DNA of 60,928 nucleotides, counting the filler, from Sphacelaria rigidula (lineage: Eukaryota): assembly GCA_964200075.2 (NCBI GenBank). It is 6 parts of 6 records of this genome, joined end to end, with 100 filler letters (N's around TTAATTAATTAA, not from the genome) between each part and the next. Parts side by side here need not be neighbours in the genome. Positions count along the whole stretch, not along the records: positions 30,518 to 40,588 come from CAXNAA020007208.1; positions 40,689 to 50,759 come from CAXNAA020007209.1; 4 more parts are not named here. One strand, given 5' to 3'. The notes beneath the pieces are model-generated. The model made no database searches. It worked only from the letters and a program-made list of their open reading frames with translations, and had not been told where the DNA came from. The position numbers were made by a program, and so were the translations under genes. Below, piece by piece: positions 37,956 through 50,494 of this stretch (the stretch's first letter is position 1; every line of letters starts with the position of its first letter).

Positions 37956-39760
37956 CAAGGCTGTCTTCTGTAAGGTATGGGTACCTTCTGTAGGGTATCA
38001 GATTCCTTGCAGAACTTACAGAAATATCAGATACCGCTTTAAAAGTCTTACAGACTTCAAAGAACTGGCGGGTACCGGCTTGAAAGTCCCACAGAAATTG
38101 CAGGACTCGTCGGGTACGGTATGGGAGGCTTACAGAAAACCCATATCGGCATTCGGGTAACTCTTTTAGGGCATACCCGCCCCTCAGCTTAGGGTAAAGC
38201 TTTTGTACAGAACTCACAGGACTGTCGGGTAAGGGTATGGGAGGCGTACAGAACTCACAGAAACTGTCGGGTAGGGTATGGAGGTGGCACAGAAAACCGG
38301 ACCCGTAACCGAGTATCTTATCTTAGTAAAAACATACCCGTGCCCACCGGTAACGGCACGGGAGGCTTGCAGAACTCACAGAACTATCGGGTACGGGCAT
38401 GACGGTCTTACGGAGATTACACAACAGTCGGATACCGGTATGGAAGTCTTACAGAGTTTACACAATTGTCGGGTACGGTAAATACCCGGCGAAATACCTC
38501 GGGTATACAGAAAACCCTACCCTACAAAACACGACCTTGGTATCATCATCACCCGTGTGGTGGGACCTATTTCACTACAACAGTGGCGAAATACACGTGA
38601 CAGTTCACGAAATCTATAAACGGCTTCACGGGGTTGATAAGAGACAGACTCCACCAACAATCGCAGTAGTACATGTACACGGGATCGTCAACATCTATCG
38701 GCTTCACGTGCACTCCAAGAGAGTACATGAAGGAGCATTCACGGCTGCCCGCTCTCTGGAAGCCCTTCGGCACGCGACAAAATCGCCGACGGCCTTGACG
38801 ACTTTCGGTGGCAGCTCATAATACTCTGTGCTGTACATGTCGATAACGGCCTGGAGTTTGATGACCATGACACAACCACCATCAACGTCCATGAAGTGCG
38901 TCTTGCTACTTGATCCCCTGGTGGCGCAGATGAACCGCCCCCGCTCGAGCCACCACTCGAGTCTGGGGGTGATCCATTCTGACGGTCTACAGTGCTGCTC
39001 ATGTTTCGTGTTTCCACTCAGCGGTACCTCGTATCCCTTCAGATCCCAAACTAAAGAACTTTTCAACATTGAATTATTGTTGGTGTGCAGTTTTGAATAA
39101 CGGAGTTGGGTGGGTTGATTGATGGGAGGTACATGTTCAGGAAATGAGGTTATGTTTGGATTGAAGCTATATCCGTACCTCCTCAGAAGGTATATACCTG
39201 TGCTCATACCTGCAATCGGGTATATCTATAACGGCATATATACCCTAACCCCGGGTAGTGGTATGGGAGGTTTACAAAGCTCACAGAACCGTCGGGTACC
39301 GGTACTGGATGAAAGTCTTACAGAAATTACAGGACTTGTCGGGTACGGTATGGGAGGCTTGAAGAAAAACCGTACCGGCAATCGGGTATTTCGTCAAGAG
39401 CGTACCCGCGCTCCGGATACGGGTAAACGTTTTGTACATAACTCACAGAACTGTCGGGTAAGGGTATGGGAGACTTACAGAACTCACAGAAACTATTGGG
39501 TAGTATGAAGGTTGTACAGGAACCGTACCCGCAGTCGGGTATCTTATCAAGAGCGTATCCGTGCCCCCCGGTAACGCTACGGGAGTCTTACAAAGATTAC
39601 AGCACTATCGGGTGAGGGTATGAAAGTCTTACAGAGATTACAGAACTGTCGGGTACCGGTATGAAAGTCTTACAGGAGTCACAGAACTGTCGGGTACGGT
39701 AAGTACCCCGCAAAATACCCCGGGTGTACAAAAAACCGTACCCTACAGAACACAAGCTTG
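37956..39760. mobile_element. hAT-type composite non-autonomous element with subterminal repeat arrays
   Basis: Imperfect TIRs CAAGGCTGTCTTCTGTAAGGTA / TACCCTACAGAACACAAGCTTG; perfect 8-nt TSD CAAGCTTG (37948-55, 39761-68); many 'acagaactcacagaactgtcgggta' units; extra internal right end at 38539. Confidence 0.85.
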
Positions 39761-40159
39761 CAAGCTTGCAAGGATGGGACCATGCCTATTCCTCGGCAAA
39801 AAAGACGCATAATTATTCGTTTCCAGACACACAAAAAAACAGATAAAAAGAACACGGCGAAGAGCAAACGTGGGGCTGTTGTGGAGCTCAGGAGTTTTAC
39901 TCCAATCAAGACAAAACACGCACACCCGCACACACACACACTTGAGGCCTCCGCAGGTGAGGGTGGCAGCACCATACATTCTCACACAGCCCCTCTACTT
40001 CGCCATCGACACTAACGGCAGCAACACTGAAAACAAGACACCACAAAAATCGTCCCAGATGAAATATATATATATATATATATATATCACAAATCGATTC
40101 TACGCAAAGCAATCGCAGGCTGTTTACCAAAATAAAATAATCAAAAAACAACCTCCCCC

Positions 40160-40588
40160 TGCCCCCCAGACCCGTCCAGAGTCAGCCTGGTCCGGCGAGA
40201 ACCCGGCGTGCTCCGTCCCGGCTTTGTAGGGGTGGACCCCCGATGAAACACGTCATTCACTGCGCAAGCTAGGCAACCAGGTTACCGATTTTTTTGCGCG
40301 CTTGCGTTTTTTTGCGGTAACCATGATGGTAGTCGAGCTAGATCATGTTGTGCGGCGCGGGAGAATCTCAACCGCGCACAATGGGGGTGATCGTACTATG
40401 TAGTGGGTCTATGGTGAGACACCCATGAGGCAGTGTATAAGCCGTCACTGTTTCTGAAAGTGGCGATACCAGAAAATGGAGCAACTCATCGAAGGCTGTC
40501 ATCCAAATGCAAGAAAAACAGTGGGCTTCGGGCCGACCAATCTTAGCAGGATGCAGCTCACCCTTCATGCGACTCGCCGAACACACTA
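40160..40588. repeat. Dispersed repeat at contig end
   Basis: Matches 47680-47930 and the reverse complement of 50560-50759. Confidence 0.85.
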
Positions 40589-40688
40589 NNNNNNNNNNNN
40601 NNNNNNNNNNNNNNNNNNNNNNNNNNNNNNNNTTAATTAATTAANNNNNNNNNNNNNNNNNNNNNNNNNNNNNNNNNNNNNNNNNNNN
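40589..40688. other. Artificial contig-joining spacer
   Basis: N44-TTAATTAATTAA-N44. Confidence 0.99.
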
Positions 40689-40690
40689 CT

Positions 40691-40846
40691 CTACGGTATT
40701 TCTTCATTCAGGAATTAGTCAAGGAGGGAAGGATCGACATTCGTTACGTCAAGACCGAAGATCAACTCGCAGACATAGGGACCAAGTACCTCAGCAAACA
40801 CAGGCACCGCCATCTTGTCAAGCTGATCAGCACATTCAAAATATGA
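40691..40846 (+). mobile_element. Ty1/Copia pol C-terminus (RNase H end)
   Basis: LRYFFIQELVKEGRIDIRYVKTEDQLADIGTKYLSKHRHRHLVKLISTFKI*, containing the Copia ADxxTK motif. Confidence 0.93.
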
Positions 40847-40988
40847 GTACAGCCTGGTCGTAGCTTTGAGTTCTTATTTCGTCCTTGAGTGCCGGGACGG
40901 TTGTACTGATGTGGGTGTTTGAAACTAGTACGTACTGCATTAAGGGGGAGTGTGAAGGGTTGAGAGTTATACGTGCGTTGAGGGGGAG

Positions 40989-41322
40989 TGTTAGAAAATG
41001 AGGCTATGAAGCCATGCTCTTCAACGCTTCGTATGGTATTAACTTTATATATATGTAGTGTTGGGATCGCAGGTACCGGTCACGAAGGTTTGGTCTGATG
41101 TGGGGGGCGTGTACTGTGGGATAGCAGTTGTTATACATGAAGTACTCTTCTCTTTGACCGTGTACCCCGGTGGGTGTTTTGTATCTGTCTTGCCCAAAAG
41201 CGGCACCTTGAACACTATCCTCTGTCTACACTCCGAAGCAGCCTGTCTGCTTGCTTGGCTTAACTGCCATTGCGCCAACTCTAGCGACCACGACGAAGGG
41301 GTTCTGAGAGAATCCTCTAACA
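40989..41322 (+). mobile_element. Copia 3' LTR (334 nt)
   Basis: PPT 'gagggggag' immediately upstream; perfect 7-nt inverted termini TGTTAGA...TCTAACA; TATA-like tract near 41045. Confidence 0.88.
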
Positions 41323-41449
41323 ATATTCTCTTCGTGATTTCTTTCTCGTTAATGAACCTGCGACACTCCAAAAATTATAAAGGGCAAGTAGATTTATAGA
41401 CATACACAATCCCCTTAAACCGACCTTCTTCGTGTCGGCGAATGTTCGC

Positions 41450-42600
41450 CGCACAATACATACTACCATCTACTGCTATATGTCGTTGTCTCTGCTGCAC
41501 TCAGCCCTCCGCGCAGCCGAGATCAGCATTCGTTTTCGCCGCGTCCCAGGGCTGCCCAAACTTAATGTCACCATTCCTTCTGCCATGCTTTCTATGGCTG
41601 CTTTCCCGCGCGACACAAATGGTGGTCGCCGCCCAACCAACCTCTGTCGGACTGTTGTCTGTCCACACATCCCTTGGCAGTTCCCCCCCATTTACATACC
41701 ACCCAGCAATCAGCAGGCGTTGTCACCAGATCTTAATCCAGTGTGAATACAGAAAACATACACCAACCCTTGAAAATGCAACTTCCGGGTTCAGCATCGA
41801 CAGCTTGGATGTTTTCTTGCTTCATCTCTCCACATGGTCTGAATAAGTTATAGCATGGTCCCGACAGTGAGATGCGAACAAGACACACAGTACCGACAGC
41901 ATCACGGCGTATGGTTCGGCGCCCTTCCACACCGAGCTTTCCTCCTTCGCCTGGAATCCAAGCACCAGGCAGGAAGCCACGGACCCCCAAGTCTCCATCC
42001 CCTGCGAGGCCATAAATCAGGCGACCGCCTCTTTCTTAATATTAAACATTGATGCGGCCCACCGCCCAGATAATTACTAAACACGAGGGACATTTACATT
42101 GGATGTACCCTTGTGCCGTCCCCAGCTTCACGGGCTTAGAACCTAAGGTCCGATTTAGCCAACGCAGGTGAGCACCTGAGGGGCAGCGTGGCGCGCGTAG
42201 TAACCATTGGAGGCACAAGGGGATGACTGTGCGAGTGTGGGGCCTGCTTCGCTGAAGTATCATCTTACGGTTATATCTGATCAGTGAGCGACGGAGTGGT
42301 GCAAACGGGCAGTAAAGGGGGAAGACCTGAAGGTATGCGGGATACAAGCATCAGCGGACACACGTTCAGCAGTCTAGACTCATCCGGCACGTGTGGCGCC
42401 AGATATAGTATTGTTTTAAAGTAGTGCGTTCATCCCTCATGTTCAAACGCCGGCCAGGGTTAGGGGCATGACGCCCACCCTGCTCCCTCCTGATGAGTGA
42501 TGGTCGACTAGGAGGATGGCTGAGCAACGCATGGGATGCGTATATGTCTCCCAATGACCTCGGAGGCATGGCGCCGCAGATGCACACATTGGCATCCTTT
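41450..42600 (-). mobile_element. Degenerate LINE (non-LTR) ORF2 3' region
   Basis: Fragmentary peptides 'GRRLNMRDER' and 'WRDEARKHPS' resemble the post-RT region of LINEs; many stops. Confidence 0.4.
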
Positions 42601-42631
42601 CCCGTGCAATATTCTTAGTTGCATACATTGA

Positions 42632-42749
42632 CCCTTTGGAAACCCAGTGACGATTTTTGTATCTTTGAATCGGCTTCATTTTGACTTAAAAATGACTGAA
42701 AATGATACCGATTCAAAGAAACAGAATTCGTCGCTGGGTTCTCAAAGGG
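42632..42749. mobile_element. 118-nt piggyBac-type MITE (fold-back)
   Basis: TTGA|CCCTTTGGAAACCCAGTGACGA...TCGTCGCTGGGTTCTCAAAGGG|TTAA; the inverted match continues about 40 nt inward. Confidence 0.85.
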
Positions 42750-43569
42750 TTAAAGAGCCATGGGCACAGGGAAACGGTAATTGCAAGATGCCAGGCTCCG
42801 GCGCGTTGGAAACCTGCCGCAGGCGTTGGAAAATGACTGATCGATCGATTGATTTCCATCGATTGTCGGACTTGAGCATGCTCCTTACGAATCCAGCCGC
42901 GGGTACATCATAAACGTATACTCAGGCCTGAACAAAACAAAACAAAAATACTCGCTGAAGAAAAGGAAGGATCAGAAAAAGGAAAACATAACAGCATCGT
43001 AGACGATGACGTGAAAAAAAAAAGAGAGCACATAAATAAGTGCAGAAAAAGCAAATAAACATTTGGTCTGTCTCTGTCACACGGCTTCGACTTACGAGGC
43101 CGTGCACGGAACCTAGAATATCCAATCGTAGAAAACAAGGGGCGTGGGAACAAACAAACCGCAGCTCCTCTACGCTCTATTTCGGCCGTTTCTTCTGGGT
43201 CGTTCTGTCCCCTCGTGGGTTAATTCGGGTACATGCGGTGCAGGTTGATGGGATATCATAAGTGCCGGATTTCTTCTACGGGAACGGATTGTGTTATGAC
43301 TGGATGTGTGTCGTATATGCGATGCTACCTCCCATGCTCAGTTGTGTTTTTGGTGCATTTCGGTCTTTGCGTTTGGGTTGGAGAGAGCAGCTCGGGTGGA
43401 GCGTGCACGGTTGATGTTGGGTGAGTGAAGGTTATAAGAGTTTAATACAAGAAGAAGGTATACACATTCCCCTGTCCAGAGCGCGTCCTCTACGGAACGG
43501 TCCCTCTTTCAAATACGCTAGCGATTTTGAAACGGGTTGAGTGCAGCCGGAAAAGCAGGGAAGTAAGAA

Positions 43570-43805
43570 GTGAGTTTGAGCAATATAGAGCAGCATTCAC
43601 AGTGCTTAAGCCAGCTCGAGGCAAAATACAGCAGCACTAGATAGCGCTTGAGCCTTCAACTGAGTCACGCAGTTAGCGTTTGTTACAGCCAGAGGCAAAA
43701 TACAGCAGCACTTGATAGTGCTTGAGCCTTCAAAAGAGTCACGCAGTTAGCGTTTGTTACAGTTTGAGCAAAATAGAGCAGCGTTTTCTTATAGCGCTTA
43801 AGTCA
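43570..43805 (+). repeat. Tandem ~74-nt repeats in a probable retrotransposon 5' leader
   Basis: 'gaggcaaaatacagcagcact.gatag.gcttgagccttcaa..gagtcacgcagttagcgtttgttacag' occurs twice, plus partial units. Confidence 0.8.
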
Positions 43806-43895
43806 ACGAGGAAGGAGGTCAACGAGTGAGAGGTTAATAACAGTTTGAGATACACAATTCAACAAGTAACAGTAATAGATAATTCAAGTCGATCC

Positions 43896-45005
43896 ATGGC
43901 TAACACGAAGAAGTATAGCACGGAAGAGTTAGCGTAAAAGCTTCGGCTTATGGAGGTACAGCAGACCGAAAAACTACGTATGCATCATGGAAGAAAACAG
44001 GCAGAGTTTATTGAGGCCGCAAAACTCGGTGCTATTGTAGATTACGAAAGAGATAGGAGTATGCATATGGGCGCAGGTGCACAAGGTAACCCCACGGTGG
44101 GTACAGCAAACCGCGACCAGGAGAGCAACCCACGTGTTTTCCAAGAGTTCCGAAACGATAACTTCACGGGAGGGCAACGCGCCCAACCGAACTTTGTAAG
44201 AGTACGTAGCAGTACGAGTATTCACCCATAGGACGGTTAAGCTCAAGCAGGGGAAAGTTTGGAGTCAAAGTTTCGTGTGTTCAAGTGCAGATGATCGGAT
44301 ATTTTCGTGCCGAGAAATGTTACGATGCTCTGTTTGTTTTCAGTATCAGAAGAGGAACTGATACCGCAGCACGGGTACAGGGCAGTGGAGAAAGCTCAGC
44401 GGGCTCACGAAATATTACTCGAGAAAATCATTACCCCCGGAATGATCGAGAATTCTGCGATGCCTGGTTCACCGAGTGAGTCTTGGGACTACCATGTCCA
44501 GAACTACACCGTTTCCCCCACCACGGAAAAGGCCCGTCTTGAACAAGAGTGGCCATGCCTACAGATGTCCCCGGGCGAAAGCCCTCTAGTCTTTCTGAAC
44601 AGGGTGAATTTAGTTCGCCACAAAAGGCATCATTTCGGTCACGTAATTTCAGAATTTGATGTCAACAGGCATTATGCACGTAGGCTGTCATCAGAGTACG
44701 GGATTCAGAGAGGAATTCTCCTCGTCATGCCAGACATTGATACAGAGACCCTACACCGAACGGTGAAAACTGCCCATGCTGAATTGAAACTGTCAAGGAG
44801 TAGGATAGACTCTCCGAATAACCATGCCTTGTCTGCCACAGCTCAAGATGTATCTCATAGTGACGTATCAGGAAGGCGACGCGGAGGCAGGGGGGGCAGG
44901 CGAAACCACCACTGCCGGGAGTGTGGATCTGACCTCAGTGCGAATTATACCTCACACCAGCACCCTGACCATGAACCGTCGCCAAGGCTTAATTCCCGAT
45001 CATAA
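43896..45005 (+). mobile_element. Copia-like gag remnant (frameshifted)
   Basis: 'EKARLEQEWPCLQMSPGESPLVFLNRV...RLSSEY' resembles the Copia gag (UBN2-type) pattern LxMxxGES, followed by an RG-rich segment. Confidence 0.7.
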
Positions 45006-45119
45006 TTTTCATCTCCACATGAGCCCCACAACAGTCACCCCAATCCACCCCCCCCAACCCTCATCATGTAATGTTTGCGATTGCACTATATGCCATGATC
45101 GAGGTGTTGATTACTACAC

Positions 45120-47288
45120 ATGAGGCGACGGGCGGAGTCATATTCGGCACAGCACGCGGACGTAACTTCTCCAACGCCAGCGGATATAAATCAATCCCGA
45201 GCTCCTTCATCGTCACCATCCCAAATAGAACCACGTTGTCCCTACCGGGCATGACAGCGAAAGTAATGGGATGCAACTCCACAGCCCCCCACGGCGTACG
45301 CATGCTAACAGTGATCGGCACCGTTTTGTGTGTAACCGTCACGGGAGCATCCGTGCCTTCTGTGCCGTTTGCGATCCGTTTCCGAACGGAATCTTAAGCT
45401 GAGCGCCGCCAAACTGCGGAGACATCTGTTATAGCAACCCCACACTGATCGACGTGAGCGCGGACCAAGAATCCACCATGGCGCGCGTCATGAACGAACC
45501 TACAGAACCAGGCGAGGTTAAATCTGCGCGTAAGCATTCAGCCTTGCGATCGACAGGTATCATGCCTGCCGGAGAACCCTGTTCTGTACCAAGAGTCACC
45601 TGACACCAGGGCTGCCCTCCAGCACTTGGCATTGATGGCTGCGAATCGTCGGCCCAACCAGATCAAGTCTCCGAATATGCAGACGGCGCTGTCACAGCCG
45701 TCGCAGCCGTAGGGAATGCACCAGACACGGATCCTGCCTGGCCGAGGGGTTGCGAGCTATTCGCTCCAGCACTCCCTACCAAAGTATTTGCATTTCCCAC
45801 GTACACTGTCGGCCCCGCTACGGACGAGCCATAAGATCTCGAGTCACCATTTGATGACGTAAAGGAAGAAACAGCAGCGGAGGAACCACCATCCGCCGCC
45901 GATTGCTTGCTATCGCGCCCGCCCCCCCCGCGTCCCGGATTGGCACGGTCCCGTCCACCGTGACGACCGCCCCGAGATCCTGATGAATCTCGTGCATTGC
46001 TCTGTGCAGCGCCTTGAGCGCAAGACTTGGGGCAGTCCTTGATCATATGTCCGGTGTCGCTGGCGTCGTCGCAGTTTTAACACGCGCGAGTGGACGACTG
46101 TCGCGAAGACGGCTGCTGTTACTGCTGCTGTTGCTATTTGCGGCGCATAGCACTTGCACATGTTGCAGAATCGCGCCGGCTATGTGCTTCAATGACCTTC
46201 CACTGGTCGGCGGCCTCGAATATTGTTTTGAACACCACCGTCGGGTGCTTTTTCCAGCCGTCAGCATACGTTAGTATGCTTCTAACATACACCTTGCATT
46301 CCGGGGGCGAAATCCCGTCCACCAAAGCTATGGAAACCGACTCGGCCGGGCCTGGCAACCAACCCCTGTCCTCCGCACGGTAGATGGCTTGCACCATCAG
46401 GTTCACTGAGAAAAACCTTTCCATAGCTGGACTGACCATCATCGCACGGTCCTTGACAGATTTCTCACTGCTTTGTGGCATAATAAGTACTGTACGCAGG
46501 TCAGCTGCAGCCGGCGCAGCGTCATGCTTTCCGTCGGTTCTAGTGTACCCGGCATGCTGCTTCACAGCATCAAGCAATTCGTCGGGGGTCATAGCCCGAC
46601 GGTCCTTGTACATATCTTCGAAGCATCCGTGAATATAGGTAAGGATGAGTTGACCTATGCTCACCCTCTCATGCCTCACCATTCCCTGTGAATTCGCGAG
46701 AGTCAAACGCTGTATGTTGTCAAGATATTTGGCATAGAAAATGTTTGACGCTTCCCCCCCACACACCTCGCCATACCTTGGCGGGTCTAGCGGCTCACCT
46801 AACCCCAGTGGCGCTGCCGCCGCTTGAGACATGTCCTTATGGTTCAAACACTTCACAAAGAGACTCCCGCCTAACTTGTGCGTCCTCCAGCTCACGGAGC
46901 GTCCCCCCACTACTGTGCGCTTCAACTTGGTCTCCTCCTGTCTGCGGGCTAAATTGGCTCTCACCTGCAGCCTACTCTCTCCTCAGCCAAATTCCTTTAA
47001 CAGAGTGCCGGGAAAATAATATCTAGATATTGTAACCTCTGCCAGACGATCTGGGCAAGAGAACTATCCACGAGGGACTCCTCCAGAGGCACTCACCTCG
47101 TGCTCAACATGTCCTTTTTTCTCACTTGTTATTATCACGGAGTGATCCTCAACAGCCCACAACATGAGCCAGACAGCAAGGGGCCGCACAGATGAGGATC
47201 ATCAATCCAGGATCCCCTGTCCCCCGCCACTGCTCCAATCATGCATGCGATTGTACTGAAACCTACGGCTTGGTATTATTTGGCTACA
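45120..47288 (-). mobile_element. Ty3/Gypsy 5' half: LTR (47031-47288), gag (46134-46964), CCHC knuckle, protease
   Basis: LTR termini TGTAGCC...GGTTACA on the minus strand; knuckle remnant 'NCDD...TGHMIKDCP'; protease 'AMVDSWSALTSIS...TPWGAVEL...AVMPGRDNVVLFG'. Confidence 0.85.
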
Positions 47289-47439
47289 GATTGAACGTTG
47301 AAATGAGTTTCAACCTCCAATCGGTGTTTTCCTGACCTAGAGTAATGGCAAACGACTTTCATAGGAACGGCATCATGCCCCCCGACCTCCCTGGAACTGA
47401 GTTGTTTCCCGGCTTCCGTTCCCCAAAGGGTATGTGGGG

Positions 47440-47980
47440 AAAGCACATTTTGGCCTCGATTTCGCAGTGAGAAAGGGTACGCTTTTTTTACGAAAAGAGT
47501 GCTCTTAGGGTCAGGGTTAGGGTTAGTCTTGTGCCGACGAAAGGGTTGGCGAATTGGGTATGTGATGGTAACCCGGATGATGCCCATCTCTCCAGCGAAG
47601 ACACACAAGGTACACCGCGAGGAGCTTCCTCTCGGCCATTGAGTGATGCCGCGATAGCATCCCCCGAACAAGCGCCATGGTGAGACACCCATGAGGCAGT
47701 GTGTAACCGGAAGCTGACTCTGAATGCGGCAATACCAGAAAAAGAAACAACTCATAGCAGAATGTTCATATGCAAGATTATCATTGCGTGTCGGGTCGAA
47801 CAATCTTAGCAGGATGCAGCTCACGCTTCATGCGACTCGCCAAACACATCACGGCGCTTAGGCTTTGTGATTACAACCCTCGTTCGGCGAAAACCCGGCG
47901 TGCTCCGCCCCGGCTTTGTAAGGTTGCGAGGTCAATAGTCTTGCGACTACGGCATGTAGGATCATGAGTACACCCCCCTA
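47440..47980 (-). repeat. Longest copy of the dispersed repeat, with a TTAGGG tract at 47505-47526
   Basis: Joins the 'gacacccatgaggcagtg' module to the 'catgagtacaccccc' end; contains 'ttagggtcagggttagggttag'. Confidence 0.8.
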
Positions 47981-48471
47981 AACTAGCGCTAAAACTGCCA
48001 CGAAGAAACTGGTCATTCAGCGCATGATTCTTGTTCCACACCAGATGAAACATCTCATATGGGCGTGACATTTACGAGAGCGATCCCGAGCGTGTGTATT
48101 CCCAACGAGTTGGCGTGCTCAGCTTTGGTTATGCTGCTTCGAATGTAGATCTTGTTCGAGTGGCTCAGATACACCCAGTCATGCTGGATCTACGTAAAAC
48201 AGGGGATCGGGGTGATGAACGAGTACTGACAGTCAAGTGTGTCCGAATGCGGTACAGTATAGCTGCTGGGGCGCACCCATCGCCCCCAGCCGCTCACTCG
48301 CCGGCTTCTCCCCTTTCTTCTACATTCTCCCGAGTTATAGCATTACTTGGGCGCTCTCACATATAATATAAAAACCATATACCCTGTGCCTGAGCCAACG
48401 AATACACTAACTAGTGATTAATCGATTGGGCAAGTATGGCTGGTAACGATAGGGCTGCTTCCTCTCCTGTA

Positions 48472-48825
48472 GAGAGGACAGATGGATTGGCGGCTCGACT
48501 TGAGAGCATGATGAGGCATTTCAGCAGTTGATCTCGTTCATAGACTGATTTAGCTGGGGACGTACAGTCCAAACAAACTGTATTGCAGAGTAGAGTTAAT
48601 GATACTGAATATCACGAGTCCGGTAGCGCGCGGTGGAGCGGTGTCATCGAGAGCAAGCGTCTCCTGGAAGAGATCAAGCAACACAAGACCACCTGGCGCA
48701 TAGCTCAGCCAATCCCAGCAGATCTCAAGGCAGACGACGCAGCCGCGGTAGCGAGTACGGCGGAGCCCCGAGCGGGAGCGACCACAGGACCGGAAGTGAC
48801 GAAGAGAGGGGCATTCACCCCGCAC
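48472..48825 (+). pseudogene. Possible exon or pseudo-exon of an unknown protein
   Basis: ctgtag acceptor and CAC|gtgagt donor; the frame RTDGLAARLESMMRHFSS*SRS*TDLAG...RGAFTPH has two stops. An alternative acceptor at 48588 gives an open exon. Confidence 0.3.
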
Positions 48826-49769
48826 GTGAGTCTGTCGCTGACTACGGTCATGATCGACCAAGTGTGCAAGACGTTGTGGGTGAACCAGTTGTTAAGGCTA
48901 CTGTTAGGGATGCGAATCGGGGGGGGGGGGGGTTAGCCTCCGAAATTTTCAGGCCGTTCGACGAATTTTGATCGACCATAAACAACTCATCCTCATTTCC
49001 TCCCTTCGATATGGATACACTTGATTAAGCACAATATCATTTAAACGAGCAAATCATGCGTTTAAGCGACGCCCTCCCTGTTCAGGCGCCAAATACACGT
49101 CGACACCCCTGCCACGCATTGCAAGGTAGCTTCCTTTCTTCTCACCTCTTCTATTGTAGTGTTCACTGCAACTCTGCAAAAAAATACAAATTGCTGCCTG
49201 GTGTGCCGAGCGTGGGACGTTTTCCGGAAAGCAAAGCCATCACAACGTGCATTGTGATTTGAAGCACACGACGCGAAAATCAGCCCTCAAATCGCACTCG
49301 TGGCCGACGAGATCGTCTCTAATTTAGCTGGCCTATCGATGGACTCTCCCCAACAAGCCACGATCCCCGACATGAGCGAATTATATAAAACCCCGCCGAC
49401 GGGACGGGGGCGGGCCAAAGTGGGAGAAGAGGTCTGAATCGGAGTAACTTTATTTGTAAAAACAAAATCAAAAGTGTGCCAGGGTATAACGCACTCCGAC
49501 AAATTAGTAACGGAGAGGCATCGCTGCTGTATACTCAGCCGCTCTAGGGACCCACGTTAGAGAGTGTGATGTGTACTAGAACAGACAGCACCATGGTGAC
49601 TGTCTTGTGCTCTTCTGTTTCTTGGTTATGCAGAGTCTACGTTTACGGCCATATGCGGCCTGCCGTCTGCACATCATCCCCACACTGCCACGAAGTGCCA
49701 GTGTTCTGTTGGCATATATATATATATATATTCAATTGGCAGAATTTTCGAAATGTGAACAGGACCCAG

Positions 49770-50490
49770 ATGACCCACCGTGGACTCCCAAGGGTTCACT
49801 TTCAGAGCTGCGGGTAGAACGATTTCATGCTCTCCGAAGGGTTTCTTGTAATGTGGTTTATGGTGATAGCCGTAGGTCATGGGAGCAATGGAAAGCAATG
49901 CAGGAGAGGAGAGAGAGAAGACGGCAATTTACTGAACTGTACTGTGTTGCATTGTACTGTGCCTTGTGGTTTGGCTTTGTTCATCTATATACAATCACCT
50001 TCACAGCGAGTCGTCTGTTGTGCATTGGCATAATTTTGACTTGGAAGATGAGTGCAAGACCCAGATTTTCCACCATGAAGGCCGAAGGGTTTACCTTCAG
50101 AGCTAGGGGCAGGACGAGTTCACGCTTTCCAAAGGCCTCTCGTAATTTGGTCCACGGTGATACCCACAGATCACGGAAGAATGGGGAGGAACGCACGGGA
50201 GGCGGGAGAGAAGACATCACTCTACTGAACTGTACCATACTGCATCGTACTGCATTGCCCTGTATTGTACTTCGCCTTGTTCTGCTTTGTCCATTGATGT
50301 ACAACAATATTCAGGATGAGTAATCTGCTGTGCACTGGCATAATTTCGACTTAGGGTTAGGGTTAGGGTTAGACCCAGATTTCCCACCGTGGAGGCCGAA
50401 GGGTTCAATTTCAGAGCTAGGGGCAGGACGGTCCACGCTCTCCGAAGTTTTCTTGTAATCTGGTCCATGGTGATACCCCCAGATCATGGA
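49770..50490 (+). repeat. Three diverged ~300-nt tandem units, one junction carrying (TTAGGG)3
   Basis: 'ccacc.tg.a...aagggtt.a..ttcagagct.ggg' recurs near 49776, 50070 and 50384; 'ttagggttagggttagggttag' at 50351-50372. Confidence 0.8.
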
Positions 50491-50494
50491 ACGC

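Noticed and set aside
37956..39760. CRISPR-like appearance of ~40-nt periodic repeats
   Set aside because: Units are degenerate and contiguous, lack unique spacers, are bounded by TIRs and a TSD, and no cas genes are present.
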